A stretch of 64,000 bases of DNA from contig CAZSOZ010000001.1 in assembly GCA_964608675.1 (NCBI GenBank), forward strand, positions 96,001 to 160,000, in the 5' to 3' direction. This DNA is from an uncultured archaeon (lineage in GTDB: Archaea; Iainarchaeota; Iainarchaeia; Iainarchaeales; 1-14-0-10-31-34). Position numbers and translations under genes: made by a program. The notes beneath the pieces are model-generated. The model was not told where the DNA came from. It did not search any database and saw only the letters and a list, made by a program, of their open reading frames with translations. Below, one piece after another: positions 38,749-48,448 of this stretch. Position 1 is the stretch's first letter. The number at the start of each line of letters is the position of its first letter.

Positions 38749-41136
38749 ATGATTAAAAAAATCAGGCTAAAAAACTGGAAAAGCCACAAAAACACAGAAT
38801 TTGAATTCAGAAAAGGAACAAATGTTTTAACTGGAATAATAGGCGCAGGAAAAAGCTCAGTAGTAGAAGCATTATGCTATTCGTTATTTGGAACATATCC
38901 TGCCTTAAATTCCAAATCAGTCAGCTTAAACGAAATAATAATGAACAAGCCAAACCAAATGGACTACGCAAAAACCGAATTAGAATTTGATTACAAAGGA
39001 AAAAACTATTTAATTGAAAGAACTGTTTTTCTGGGAAAAAACTCGAATCAAGCAAAATTATTCAGAGAAGGAACACTTATTGCAGGACCAAAACCAAAAG
39101 ACGTAAACGAAAAAATACAGGAAACCATAGAAATGAATTATGATTTATTTTCAAGAGCCGTTTATTCAGAGCAAAACCAAATTGATTTCTTTCTTAAATT
39201 AAGTCCATCAGAAAGAAAAAAAAAGTTTGATGAAATACTGGATTTAGAAAAATACGAAAAAGCAAGAAAAACAAATATTTCAGTAATGAATACCATAAAA
39301 AGAGCAGTCCAAGAAAAAAAAGAAACAATAAAAAGGAATTCTGAATCAATAAACGAAACAGAATTAAAACAATTAAAAAATAAAAAAGAAAAAAAAGAAA
39401 AAGAGAACCAAGAATTAAAAGAAAAAAAAGAAACAACGAAAAAAGAACTGGAAGAAAACATTGAAGAACTTGAAAAACTTTCAGAAAAAGAAAAAAAATT
39501 CACGAAATTAAACGAACAAAAAATTAAAACAGAATCAAAAATCTTTGAAGCAGAAAAAAAACTAAAAGAAGAAAAAATTGAATTAAAAGAAGGAGAAAAA
39601 GAAAAAAAAGAATTCGAATTAACCGAATTAAAAAAAGAAAAAAAGGAAATGGAAGAAAAAAGAAAAAAAGTTTCTGAAATACAGGTCAAATTAAACACAA
39701 AAAAAGAAAGAAAAAAACTTTTAGAAAAAGAAGCAGAAAAACAAAAAAAAATGTTTCCGGAAGGAATTGAAACAAAAGAAAAAATAAAAACAGAAAAAGA
39801 AAAAAAAGAATTCGAATTAAAAGAAACCACAGAAAAAATAAAAGAAACAGAAAATTTAATTGAAAAAACAGAAAAAAATTTTATGGAAATCAAAGAAGGG
39901 CTTCTGTTTAACAAAAAAAGAATCAAAGAACTTGAAGAAAACATAAAAAAATTAAGCAGAATTGAATCAGGATGCCCTGTCTGCTCAACAAAATTAAGCA
40001 AAGAAAAAAAAATAGAAATAATTAATTCCTGCGAAAAAGAAACAGAAAAACTTGAAATAATCAACAAAGGACTGGAACAAGAAACAAAAAAAAGCAATGA
40101 AGACAAAAACGAATTAAAAAAAGAAAAAAAAGAATTCGAATTAAAAGAAAAAAAAATTGAAGAAAAAATCAAAGAAATTGAAAGCCTGTCAGAAATTCTG
40201 AACGAATTAAACAAAAACCTTGAAAAAATAAATGAATTAAAAGAAGAAACAGAAAAACTTGAAAAAACAGCAGAAGAAAAAGAAACAGAGATAAGCCCTG
40301 AAAAAACAGAAAAAATTGAAACAAAAATAAAAAAAACAGAAAAAATAATTGAACTATTGAAAAACGCAGAAGAATTAAATGAATGGAAAAAAGAACTAAA
40401 AAAAATAATTCAAGAAAAAAACGAACTTAACTATAAAGAAAATTCTTTCAGCGAAAAAAAAGAAGAAACAACAAAACAAAAATCCTTAATTGAATCAATA
40501 CAGAAACAGACAGAAATGAATTCAGAGTTAATTGAAAGCATTAAAGAAAACATTCAAAAAATAGAAAAAGAAAAAAAAAGAATAAAAGAAGCAGAAAAAG
40601 AAGTTGAAAAAAACGAAGAAATGCTTACAAAACTTGCTTTGTTCAGCAATGCATTAAATGAAACCCAGTCAGAATTAAGAAAAGAAATGATTAACACTAT
40701 AAATGATGCAATGGCAGATGTCTGGAGCAGAATTTATCCTTACGGAGACTTTACTTCAGCCAAAATGATAATAGAAAAAGGAAATTATGAAATAAAAGTA
40801 AAAGAAAAAAACGGGAAATGGACAAGAGTTGAAGGAATTCTCTCAGGAGGAGAAAGAAGCGCGGCAGCAATCTGCATAAGAGTTGCATTTTCTCTTGTGT
40901 TAACTCAAAATTTAAGCTGGCTAATCTTAGATGAACCAACACACAATTTGGACAAAAACGCAGTAAAAGAATTAAGTGCAATGATGAAAAATCATTTGCC
41001 GAATTTAGTTGAACAAATTTTTGTTATAACTCACGACCCTGAAATGGAAAAAGCAGCCTCAGGAGAATGCTATGAAATAGAAAGAAACAAAGAAAACGAA
41101 GGAAGCTCTATTCCAAAGACAACAGAAACAAACTAA
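38749..41136 (+). CDS. rad50: Rad50-like SMC ATPase
   Basis: GIIGAGKSS, coiled coil with CPVC zinc hook, LSGGE, LILDEP, ITHD. Confidence 0.88.
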   Translation: MIKKIRLKNWKSHKNTEFEFRKGTNVLTGIIGAGKSSVVEALCYSLFGTYPALNSKSVSLNEIIMNKPNQMDYAKTELEFDYKGKNYLIERTVFLGKNSNQAKLFREGTLIAGPKPKDVNEKIQETIEMNYDLFSRAVYSEQNQIDFFLKLSPSERKKKFDEILDLEKYEKARKTNISVMNTIKRAVQEKKETIKRNSESINETELKQLKNKKEKKEKENQELKEKKETTKKELEENIEELEKLSEKEKKFTKLNEQKIKTESKIFEAEKKLKEEKIELKEGEKEKKEFELTELKKEKKEMEEKRKKVSEIQVKLNTKKERKKLLEKEAEKQKKMFPEGIETKEKIKTEKEKKEFELKETTEKIKETENLIEKTEKNFMEIKEGLLFNKKRIKELEENIKKLSRIESGCPVCSTKLSKEKKIEIINSCEKETEKLEIINKGLEQETKKSNEDKNELKKEKKEFELKEKKIEEKIKEIESLSEILNELNKNLEKINELKEETEKLEKTAEEKETEISPEKTEKIETKIKKTEKIIELLKNAEELNEWKKELKKIIQEKNELNYKENSFSEKKEETTKQKSLIESIQKQTEMNSELIESIKENIQKIEKEKKRIKEAEKEVEKNEEMLTKLALFSNALNETQSELRKEMINTINDAMADVWSRIYPYGDFTSAKMIIEKGNYEIKVKEKNGKWTRVEGILSGGERSAAAICIRVAFSLVLTQNLSWLILDEPTHNLDKNAVKELSAMMKNHLPNLVEQIFVITHDPEMEKAASGECYEIERNKENEGSSIPKTTETN

Positions 41137-41139
41137 ATC

Positions 41140-41325
41140 TTATTCCTTTGAAGACATTCTTCTGGCAATATAGCCTGCAACAAGATTTCTTATTTTTTTT
41201 GATAAACCAAGATTCATTGAATTAATGATTTCCTTGTTTTTATCAAAATCCTTTGAAAAAGGCTTGTCTTCTTTTATTAAAATTTCTGCTTTTGATTTAA
41301 CGCCTTTCGGCACAGATTTACCCAT
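41140..41325 (-). CDS. rps17e: 30S ribosomal protein S17e
   Basis: FSKDFDKNK, SKKIRNLVAGYI. Confidence 0.93.
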   Translation of the reverse strand: MGKSVPKGVKSKAEILIKEDKPFSKDFDKNKEIINSMNLGLSKKIRNLVAGYIARRMSSKE

Positions 41326-41340
41326 TAAATCACCTAAACA

Positions 41341-41547
41341 TTAAGGATTAACCCTTGTTATTTCTCCTGAAGGAGATTTTCTTAAAACAGCCAGCGGAAT
41401 CTTTTTTTCAACAAGCTCTTTTTTTGCTACATCAAGCATAGACTGCCCTTTCTCTGTTTTAACCAAAGGAGGCGCCCCCAAAGATAGCTGAAAAGATCTT
41501 GCGCTAACCAATCTTGTTATTTCAAATCTAGTTAAAATGTTGTCCAT
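41341..41547 (-). CDS. rpoK: RNA polymerase subunit Rpo6/K
   Basis: LTRFEITRLVSARSFQLSLGAPPL...A.KEL...KIPL. Confidence 0.92.
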   Translation of the reverse strand: MDNILTRFEITRLVSARSFQLSLGAPPLVKTEKGQSMLDVAKKELVEKKIPLAVLRKSPSGEITRVNP

Positions 41548-41648
41548 AAAAATCACCACTCAAAAAAAAAATAAATTAAATCATAAAATAAGCGGATTAA
41601 TACATAATAACGTGCGTGAAAAGACTTAAAAAAGCAACCGTTAAGCAT

Positions 41649-43124
41649 TCAAGAAATAATTAATTCAGGAAGCGGAAGATTTTCTTTTCTGGAAAACTCA
41701 GAAAGAATCTCCAAAGGATTGCGTGAATCCAATAAAACAGCATTCTTTCTAATATAAGATTTAGATGAATTTAAAATAGAAAAACTTGAAAATCTGCTTA
41801 AAACAGAAGAAAAAACACAGGAAACTGCTTCAGAAAAAATTGAATCAAAAAAAGCAGAAGAAAAAGAAGTTAAATGAAAAGGAACAGAAGAAAAAATTAA
41901 TTTAAGAACTGAAGCAAATTCAGAAAAAAACAGGAAATCAAGATTGTTTTCCAAAAAAAGCTTGAATGCAATTTTGTTTTCTTTAATTGATTTTTTTTCC
42001 ATTTCTTCAAGTAAATTATTAAAAAATAAAAGCCTGTTGTTTAATTCATTTAATTCTCTGGAAAAAAAGTTTTCTTTTTTTGTGCAAAACCAGTTCAAAG
42101 AATGATCAGACAAAAAAACAGCTTTTTCTTCTGAAAAAAGAGTTAACGCATCATCAAAAGGAACCCTTAAAACATCGTTTCTGAAAAAAGGCCCTAAAGG
42201 AATTGATTTAAGCTTCCATTCCTTCATTCTTTTAATTCTCTTTTCTTCTCCTGAAGCACAGGAATGAAAAAAAGAAGAAAATTTTTTGCTGGAAGACTCA
42301 AAATAAACAGCATCCTGAACAAACTTTATTTCAATCAAAGAAGAAGGAAGAATATTCCTTTGATTCAAATCAGAAGGAACACAACAATTACAGTTAACTG
42401 AATCAAAACCTAAATTATAAAAAGGAAAAGAAAACAAAACAGGCCAAACAGAAGAAAAATTGATTTCCTTTAATTCACTAAAATAATTTTTTTCAGAAAA
42501 ACCTGAATCAAATTTCTGCTTTTTTTTCAGAAAAGCAAAATTGTTTCTGAATAAAACTGCTTCAATAAAAGAATCCAAAATAAAAGGAGTCGATTTAGGA
42601 AGAACAGTTAAATTAACACACAAAATATTTGAAAGAATAATTTTATTCATAAATTCTTTTGTGTTCTGCTTTGAAAAAGAAAGCATTTCAGAAACATTTT
42701 CCTTCAAAGAACCGCAGGCAAAATTAAAACTTACATCAGGGACTCCATCAAGGTTTTTCTTTTTAATTTTATCATCAATTTTAAATTCATCAAAAAAACT
42801 CCAGTTTTTTGAAAGCAAAAACTGTCTTTCAGGAGAAAGCAGAATACACTTTTTACTGCACAACAAATTTATTTCCTCTAAAAGAGACAAATCAGAAGAA
42901 AAAACTTTTAATCCATTAACTACTTTTTCTGATTTCAGTTTATTTTGTTTAAAAAAATTCTGCAAAGAACCAGAAATAAGAGAATTATGAATTAAAATAA
43001 ACGGAATAAAAGAAAAAGAAAAACTCTTTCTTCCAACAGAAGAAGAAAATTCAACGCTAACCCTTTTTTTGTTTTGAATGTACTCTGCATTGGATAAATA
43101 AAAGGTATTGGAAGTTAAAGGCAT
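41649..43124 (-). CDS. Hypothetical protein resembling a degenerate, inactive family-B DNA polymerase
   Basis: INFSSVWP...YNLGFDSVNCNCC resembles PolB motif A; WFCTKKENFFSREL; collinear order of further PolB-like segments; no catalytic Asp. Confidence 0.6.
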   Translation of the reverse strand: MPLTSNTFYLSNAEYIQNKKRVSVEFSSSVGRKSFSFSFIPFILIHNSLISGSLQNFFKQNKLKSEKVVNGLKVFSSDLSLLEEINLLCSKKCILLSPERQFLLSKNWSFFDEFKIDDKIKKKNLDGVPDVSFNFACGSLKENVSEMLSFSKQNTKEFMNKIILSNILCVNLTVLPKSTPFILDSFIEAVLFRNNFAFLKKKQKFDSGFSEKNYFSELKEINFSSVWPVLFSFPFYNLGFDSVNCNCCVPSDLNQRNILPSSLIEIKFVQDAVYFESSSKKFSSFFHSCASGEEKRIKRMKEWKLKSIPLGPFFRNDVLRVPFDDALTLFSEEKAVFLSDHSLNWFCTKKENFFSRELNELNNRLLFFNNLLEEMEKKSIKENKIAFKLFLENNLDFLFFSEFASVLKLIFSSVPFHLTSFSSAFFDSIFSEAVSCVFSSVLSRFSSFSILNSSKSYIRKNAVLLDSRNPLEILSEFSRKENLPLPELIIS

Positions 43125-43261
43125 AAATGAAAAAAACTTTCAGGTATTTAAAAAGAAAAACCAAACCCCTTTCTGCCGATGAAAAAAGAAAAAATATATA
43201 CTAAATATATACAAATTATAATTCAGTATATATTTATTAATGTGTGTGGAGTTGTATTAGT

Positions 43262-43513
43262 ATGGCTTCAAAAATAGGAGTATTAATTAATTTTTCAAAA
43301 AAAGACATTCAGGAAATAGACAAACTCGTTAAAAACGGTTTTTATTCTTCAAGAACTGAAGCAGTAAGAGATTCCGTAAGACAAAGAATTCAGGAATTAA
43401 GCGGTAAAACTAAAAAAGGCTTGAGTTATGACAAAGACGACAAACTCGAAAAAGCATTAGAAGAATACATTAACGATGACCCGTCAACGAGGCTGAAAAA
43501 ACTGGGGTTTTGA
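43262..43513 (+). CDS. Ribbon-helix-helix (CopG-like) protein, antitoxin-like
   Basis: IDKLVKNGFYSSRTEAVRDSVR. Confidence 0.8.
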   Translation: MASKIGVLINFSKKDIQEIDKLVKNGFYSSRTEAVRDSVRQRIQELSGKTKKGLSYDKDDKLEKALEEYINDDPSTRLKKLGF

Positions 43514-43681
43514 TTAGTTAGGCTTTTTATAGTCAGTAAAACATATTTTTTAGACGGCAAAACTTTTTATTACGGAAAAAGAATTTCTACGAGAAATCAA
43601 AAAAAATTCCCGGAACAGGATGCGAAAAAATTAACTAAAGAAGTTTTTGGAAGATTTTGGGAAAAAAGAAAAAAAGTTTAA
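43514..43681 (+). pseudogene. Possible truncated PIN/VapC toxin remnant
   Basis: 55 open codons without ATG after the RHH stop; KTYFLDGKTFYYG resembles the first PIN strand. Confidence 0.3.
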
Positions 43682-45216
43682 AGAAATTGCTTTGCCTCGT
43701 TTTGCCTTTCATCTGAATTTGACTCAAATTCTTCTGCAGAATCTTCAAGAGATTTTTCGTGAATTGACTCCTGTGAAAGCCTTTTTCTAACTTTAAAAAA
43801 CAAAGGAAAGCCTGTTGCTTCTCCTAAAATTAATGCTTCCCCAACTCTTAACACTGTAATCATTTCCAATGAACGGGAATCCATTCCTTCAGAACTTTCT
43901 CCAATATGCTTTAAGTCATAAGGATTAGTAATCCGCAAAATAATATGAGTATTACACTGGCTTAAAACTGTAGTGCTTAATTGAATCGGCCTCTGAGAAA
44001 TCAAACACAAAGAAGACCCAAATTTTCTTCCTTCCCTTGCAATTGTTTCAAGAATACTTCTTGCTATTGCACTCTCTTTTGAAACTTTTTCAGGAATAAA
44101 CTGGTGGGCTTCCTCTAAAACTAAAAGAAAAGGAGGAATGCTTTTCTGTCTTCTCAGAAAAAAAAGCTTGTTTGCAAAATAATTCACAATAATCTGCTTT
44201 TTTTTAAGGTTAATTATATCTGATAAATCCACTACAGTCATTTTTCCGGATTCAACTAAATCCTCTAAAGAAGGAGAATCAGTTTCAGAAAACAAATTCA
44301 AAGAATCAAGTTCAACAAACCATGAATTCAAAGCTTTTTCAGTTGAATCCTTTACTTCTTCATCTTTTGCTAATTCAATTCTCAAATCATTCAAAGAATA
44401 AGGTCCCAAACCTTCTCTCATTTTCTGTTGAAGTTTTCCTATAACCCTGTTTAAATCCCTTTTTTGAGGCGCACTTAAACCAGGCAAAATAGAAGAAAAC
44501 ATTCCTGAAGAAAGTCTTGAAACCCCTATTTTAATGTTTCTTGCTTTCACTAATTTTGTTTTAAAACTATAATCTTTGTGTTCTTTTTTTATTGCTGGTT
44601 CAGAAAAAGAAGTGTATTCTCCGTGTACATCCAAAACAATGACTGCAAGTCTTCCCTGCTCTTTTTTTCGGTTTAATAATTCTTCAAGTAAAACAGAAAC
44701 AAAATAACTTTTTCCTGCCCCTGACATTGCAAGAACCGCTAAATGCTTTTGAAGCATTCTAGTTAAATTAATTTTTACTTCAGTGTCATGATATTCAACT
44801 TTTCCAAGACTTAAACCATTTTGTTCATCAAAGTTAAAAAATTTTTTCAAATTTGATTCAGAAGCAGTTCTTACTTTTGTTCCTGGAGAAGGAGGAAAAG
44901 TAGAACGCTTTGCAAGAGTTTCAGTGAAAACCCCCAAAGGCTTGGTTTCCCCTACAAGAAATTCCCATTCACTTGAAGGAAACTGGTCATTAAGGCTTAC
45001 TCCATTAGATTCAAATTCCTTAACTGAATCCGCTCTCTCAAAATAACGATTTGTTTTCACTACATTGTTAACCAAAGCAATAAGGGTTCCTTCAGAGTAA
45101 TCCATTTCCACAAACTGCCCTCTATGAATCGGCAAATCAGAATTAACAACAAAATCCACTTTTGAAGGATTAGGCGAATCAGGCCTTGAAATAACTGTTC
45201 CTAGTTCTTTTTCCAT
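43678..45216 (-). CDS. herA: HerA helicase
   Basis: N-terminal HAS barrel, KHLAVLAMSGAGKSY, DVHGEY, EEAHQF, AREGRKFG, SQRP. Confidence 0.92.
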   Translation of the reverse strand: MEKELGTVISRPDSPNPSKVDFVVNSDLPIHRGQFVEMDYSEGTLIALVNNVVKTNRYFERADSVKEFESNGVSLNDQFPSSEWEFLVGETKPLGVFTETLAKRSTFPPSPGTKVRTASESNLKKFFNFDEQNGLSLGKVEYHDTEVKINLTRMLQKHLAVLAMSGAGKSYFVSVLLEELLNRKKEQGRLAVIVLDVHGEYTSFSEPAIKKEHKDYSFKTKLVKARNIKIGVSRLSSGMFSSILPGLSAPQKRDLNRVIGKLQQKMREGLGPYSLNDLRIELAKDEEVKDSTEKALNSWFVELDSLNLFSETDSPSLEDLVESGKMTVVDLSDIINLKKKQIIVNYFANKLFFLRRQKSIPPFLLVLEEAHQFIPEKVSKESAIARSILETIAREGRKFGSSLCLISQRPIQLSTTVLSQCNTHIILRITNPYDLKHIGESSEGMDSRSLEMITVLRVGEALILGEATGFPLFFKVRKRLSQESIHEKSLEDSAEEFESNSDERQNEAKQFL

Positions 45217-45270
45217 AAATTAAAAAGGTTTAAAAGATATTTAAAAGTTTTCAGTGCAAAATGCCGGTGA

Positions 45271-46002
45271 TTATTTTTTTGCAATAACTTTATTTAATTC
45301 CTTCAAAGAAGAAATAACTGCATCCACAGGAATTTTTTTTTCTTTAAATTTTCTTTTTCTGTCAATTAAAATTGTTTTAAGTCCCGCCCGCTTTGCGCCT
45401 TTCATGTCAGTTCTATAGCTGTCTCCAACCATTACTGCTTCCTCAGGCTTTAATTTAAGTTTCTTCAACGGAACAAAAAAAATTTTTGGATTAGGCTTTA
45501 ATAAACCAACAGAACAAGAAAGCATTACTTCGTCAAAATATTTTTCTAATTTGAATTCCCCTGAATTAACAAGAGACTGAATTCCAAAGTTCTCGCAATT
45601 GGAAATTAAAACAGTCTTAAATTTTTTTCTGGTTTCAGACAAAACAGTTTTTGTTTCAGGATAAAGCTTGTTGTTTTTTAAGGCAAGATTCCATAAAAAA
45701 TCAAGGTCTCCTAAAATAATTTCTCCAGACATAATAGAAAAATAATTCAAAAGCCTTGAATTAAGGTTTGCAAGACTACTGAAGTTTTCAAGCATAATTG
45801 CTTTCTCACATTCCTGCAAAAACTGAGAATGTGTTAATTCATTCAAACCCAAACGAATTTGCATTTCCCTAAAAACATCCTTTTTGATATCAGTAAAAGC
45901 AAGAGTATTCCAAAAATCAAAAAAAACTGCTTTCACTTTCAGCTTCTTTTTTCTGCTTTTCACATCTTTTTTTTCTTTTATGGTTGATTTCTTTTTTTTC
46001 AT
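45271..46002 (-). CDS. HAD-superfamily hydrolase
   Basis: FDFWNTL, ISN, KPNPKIF, VGDSYRTDM.GA. Confidence 0.88.
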   Translation of the reverse strand: MKKKKSTIKEKKDVKSRKKKLKVKAVFFDFWNTLAFTDIKKDVFREMQIRLGLNELTHSQFLQECEKAIMLENFSSLANLNSRLLNYFSIMSGEIILGDLDFLWNLALKNNKLYPETKTVLSETRKKFKTVLISNCENFGIQSLVNSGEFKLEKYFDEVMLSCSVGLLKPNPKIFFVPLKKLKLKPEEAVMVGDSYRTDMKGAKRAGLKTILIDRKRKFKEKKIPVDAVISSLKELNKVIAKK

Positions 46003-46073
46003 AGAAAAAAAGAAAAGAAGAAAAAAGATTTAATTAGAACGGACAAGAATTTCTTCTTAAAATAAAAAATTAG

Positions 46074-46388
46074 TCAAGCTTTTAGTTTTGAAATTCTCTT
46101 ATCCAATTCACTGTATAACACAGTTTTCTTTTCTTTGCTTAACTTAAACAATTTTTTGGTTACGGCTTTTTCAGTGATTGTAAAAATATAATTTGTTTTA
46201 ATGACACTGTCTTTTATCGCCCCTTCTTTTTCAGTTAAAGAAATTCCTTTAATATCTAAATTACTTGTAATTCCTGCAACAACAAAATTAGTAAACTCTT
46301 CAAACAAGATTACTGCAGGTCTTTTTTTTGTTTCAAAAGAATCCAAAAACTGGACTTGAGCTAAAACAACATCTCCTGATTTAAGCAT
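46074..46388 (-). CDS. PemK/MazF family toxin
   Basis: Start at MLKSGDVVL; F.D....KKRPAVI, AGITS. Confidence 0.88.
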   Translation of the reverse strand: MLKSGDVVLAQVQFLDSFETKKRPAVILFEEFTNFVVAGITSNLDIKGISLTEKEGAIKDSVIKTNYIFTITEKAVTKKLFKLSKEKKTVLYSELDKRISKLKA

Positions 46389-46602
46389 TCTCCCAATCCT
46401 CATCTTCCTCGTTATCCCATAATTCAGCCATCTTTTCCTGTTGAATTCTATGCAAATATTCATCATACTGTTTTCTATGAAGATTATAGGCTTTAAGCAG
46501 ATTGCCAATCAGCTCAGAATAAGTTTGTCTTGAATATTTTTTGGATTTTTTCAGTTTTTTTACAATATCTTTTTCTAATTGAATCGTAGTAACTTCAGAC
46601 AT
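46381..46602 (-). CDS. Putative antitoxin (RHH-like, acidic C-terminus)
   Basis: TTIQL....KKL..K.Y..QTY.E.I; C-terminal LWDNEEDEDW; overlaps the toxin start. Confidence 0.8.
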   Translation of the reverse strand: MSEVTTIQLEKDIVKKLKKSKKYSRQTYSELIGNLLKAYNLHRKQYDEYLHRIQQEKMAELWDNEEDEDWENA

Positions 46603-46659
46603 ATAATTCACTATAGTTAACATACAGCAAACTATATAAAATAATTTGGTTTTTAAGAA

Positions 46660-47757
46660 TTAAAAAGGTCTTGAATTTCTTCTTAAAGCAAGAAAAGCAT
46701 TATCTCTTCCAAGTTTGTCCTGAATTTTGTTGAACAAAATTTCAATTTCATTCGGTTTTAATCTGGCTCTTAAATCAGCTTCAATCAAAACGCTTGGATA
46801 AGCATACTCTTTATGCAGAGAAGACAAAGAAAGCAGAACAGACGCAATTTCGTTTGCGTCTTTGGATAAATTTTTTCCGTTATGCAAAAATTCAATACGT
46901 AAAGGCCTGTCAAGCAAAGAAGGCTTTAAATAAAAAGCCTTGATTTTTGAAGCCCATTCTACTTTAAAATCATTTAAAATAGGGTGCTCTTTAATTGAAG
47001 AAGAATAATTAAAACAAAAACTTCTCTGATTTTTTGCAAGCAAATAATCCAACAGACTTGAATCAAAAAAGAAATCCAAAACACTTGGTTCAATTAACTT
47101 ATTTTTATTCACAACTTCTTTTTGAAGAATGCTTCTGAATCTTGAACCCCTTGAATCCTCTACTGTTGCAATCAAATTACAGGAATTTTGTTCTGCTGAC
47201 TCATACAAAGACTGAAACAATTCAATTAATTTTGAATAAGCAGAATACAGCTGGGAATCTTTTTTTGTTTCAGCATACTGAGGGATAATGCTTCCATCAA
47301 TCAAACAATAATCAGGATTAAATTCTTCAATAACTTTTTTTGAATTAGAAATTTCTTCTTCCAGCCTTAAAAAAGATTTATTGCATTCAAATTCATCATT
47401 TTCCAATACATTTGATGAAATAAAAGGCTTTGGAAAAGCAGTGGGAGAAGGAAAATAATCTGCTTTTTCCAGTTTGTTTTTTTTATAAGAAAAAATTGCT
47501 GAAACAGTTTTAACTAAAATAATGTCGATTGAATGCATGCGTTTTCCAACAAACCCTGAATCAGTTCCTGCAATTTTACAGTTTAATTCTGCTGGAAAAA
47601 CATTAAAACAAAATTTTTCTTCAAGCAGTTCACTTGAATTAAATTCCATTAAATTTTGTTTTTTTAACTGAAGAAGTTTTTCTGCAACAACCTTTTTTTT
47701 TACTTCGCTTCCCTTTATTTTTCCCACTGCATCATTGATTAAAGAATTTATGTTCAT
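46660..47757 (-). CDS. nurA: NurA nuclease
   Basis: IAGTDSG, LIDGS, PLRIEF, YPSVLIEAD..A; near herA. Confidence 0.9.
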   Translation of the reverse strand: MNINSLINDAVGKIKGSEVKKKVVAEKLLQLKKQNLMEFNSSELLEEKFCFNVFPAELNCKIAGTDSGFVGKRMHSIDIILVKTVSAIFSYKKNKLEKADYFPSPTAFPKPFISSNVLENDEFECNKSFLRLEEEISNSKKVIEEFNPDYCLIDGSIIPQYAETKKDSQLYSAYSKLIELFQSLYESAEQNSCNLIATVEDSRGSRFRSILQKEVVNKNKLIEPSVLDFFFDSSLLDYLLAKNQRSFCFNYSSSIKEHPILNDFKVEWASKIKAFYLKPSLLDRPLRIEFLHNGKNLSKDANEIASVLLSLSSLHKEYAYPSVLIEADLRARLKPNEIEILFNKIQDKLGRDNAFLALRRNSRPF

Positions 47758-47912
47758 ACAAAAAAATAGTTTTTGAACCTTTAAAAAGGTTCTTAAAGAA
47801 AACTGCAGGTGAAAAAAAATAAAAACTGTTTAAACCAAAAAAAAAGTTATGAAGAAAAAAACAGTAGGATTAATAAAGTTGTATGGCTTTCTTTTTTTTG
47901 AGGAGATGCAAA

Positions 47913-48230
47913 ATGAAAGCAGTAATTGAAATCAAAGAATTAAAACAAGACTGGAATCCTCCATTCCAAAAAAAAACAGAAACAAGAGAAATGGAATTAG
48001 AAGAAGGACAAAAATTTGAATCAAACGGAAACGGAGGAAACGCTTTCAGGCTGATTCAAATAGGAAAAGAAAGAATTCTGGTTGAATACGATATAGGATA
48101 CACAAACAAAGGACACGTTCATCCAACCAACAGACAACTATGGATAGAAAAAGGCGAAAGCCAGAGTTTCAGCGAATTATGGGGAAGTAATGGAACAACA
48201 AAAACAATAACCCTAAAAAATTTAATTTGA
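47913..48230 (+). CDS. Hypothetical protein
   Basis: AGGAG RBS; clean ORF with host-like codon use. Confidence 0.6.
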   Translation: MKAVIEIKELKQDWNPPFQKKTETREMELEEGQKFESNGNGGNAFRLIQIGKERILVEYDIGYTNKGHVHPTNRQLWIEKGESQSFSELWGSNGTTKTITLKNLI

Positions 48231-48240
48231 GGTGAAAAAA

Positions 48241-48432
48241 ATGGGATGCGGATGCTGTGAAGAAACAGAAGAAACAGAACACAAACATGAACACTGCGGA
48301 AAAGAAATGGAATGCAAAGACAACAAATACTTTTGTGTTGAATGCGGTTTTGAAGAAGAATGCGACTGCGGAGACAACAAAACAAGCAAAGAAACAGAAG
48401 AAACAAAAGATGATTCAGATTCTGAAGAATAA
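48241..48432 (+). CDS. Small Cys/His/acidic metal-binding protein
   Basis: GAGGTGA RBS; MGCGCC...HKHEHCGKEMEC...FCVECG...CDC. Confidence 0.7.
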   Translation: MGCGCCEETEETEHKHEHCGKEMECKDNKYFCVECGFEEECDCGDNKTSKETEETKDDSDSEE

Positions 48433-48448
48433 AAAAAACTGGTTGAAA

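Noticed and set aside
39162-40214. Long antisense ORFs (also 33268..33972 and 61968..63161)
   Set aside because: Phe/Ser-rich mirrors of Lys/Glu-rich genes; A-rich codons give few antisense stops.
43511-43513. TGA recoding or readthrough after the RHH gene
   Set aside because: TGA ends many conserved genes here at expected positions, so the standard code applies.
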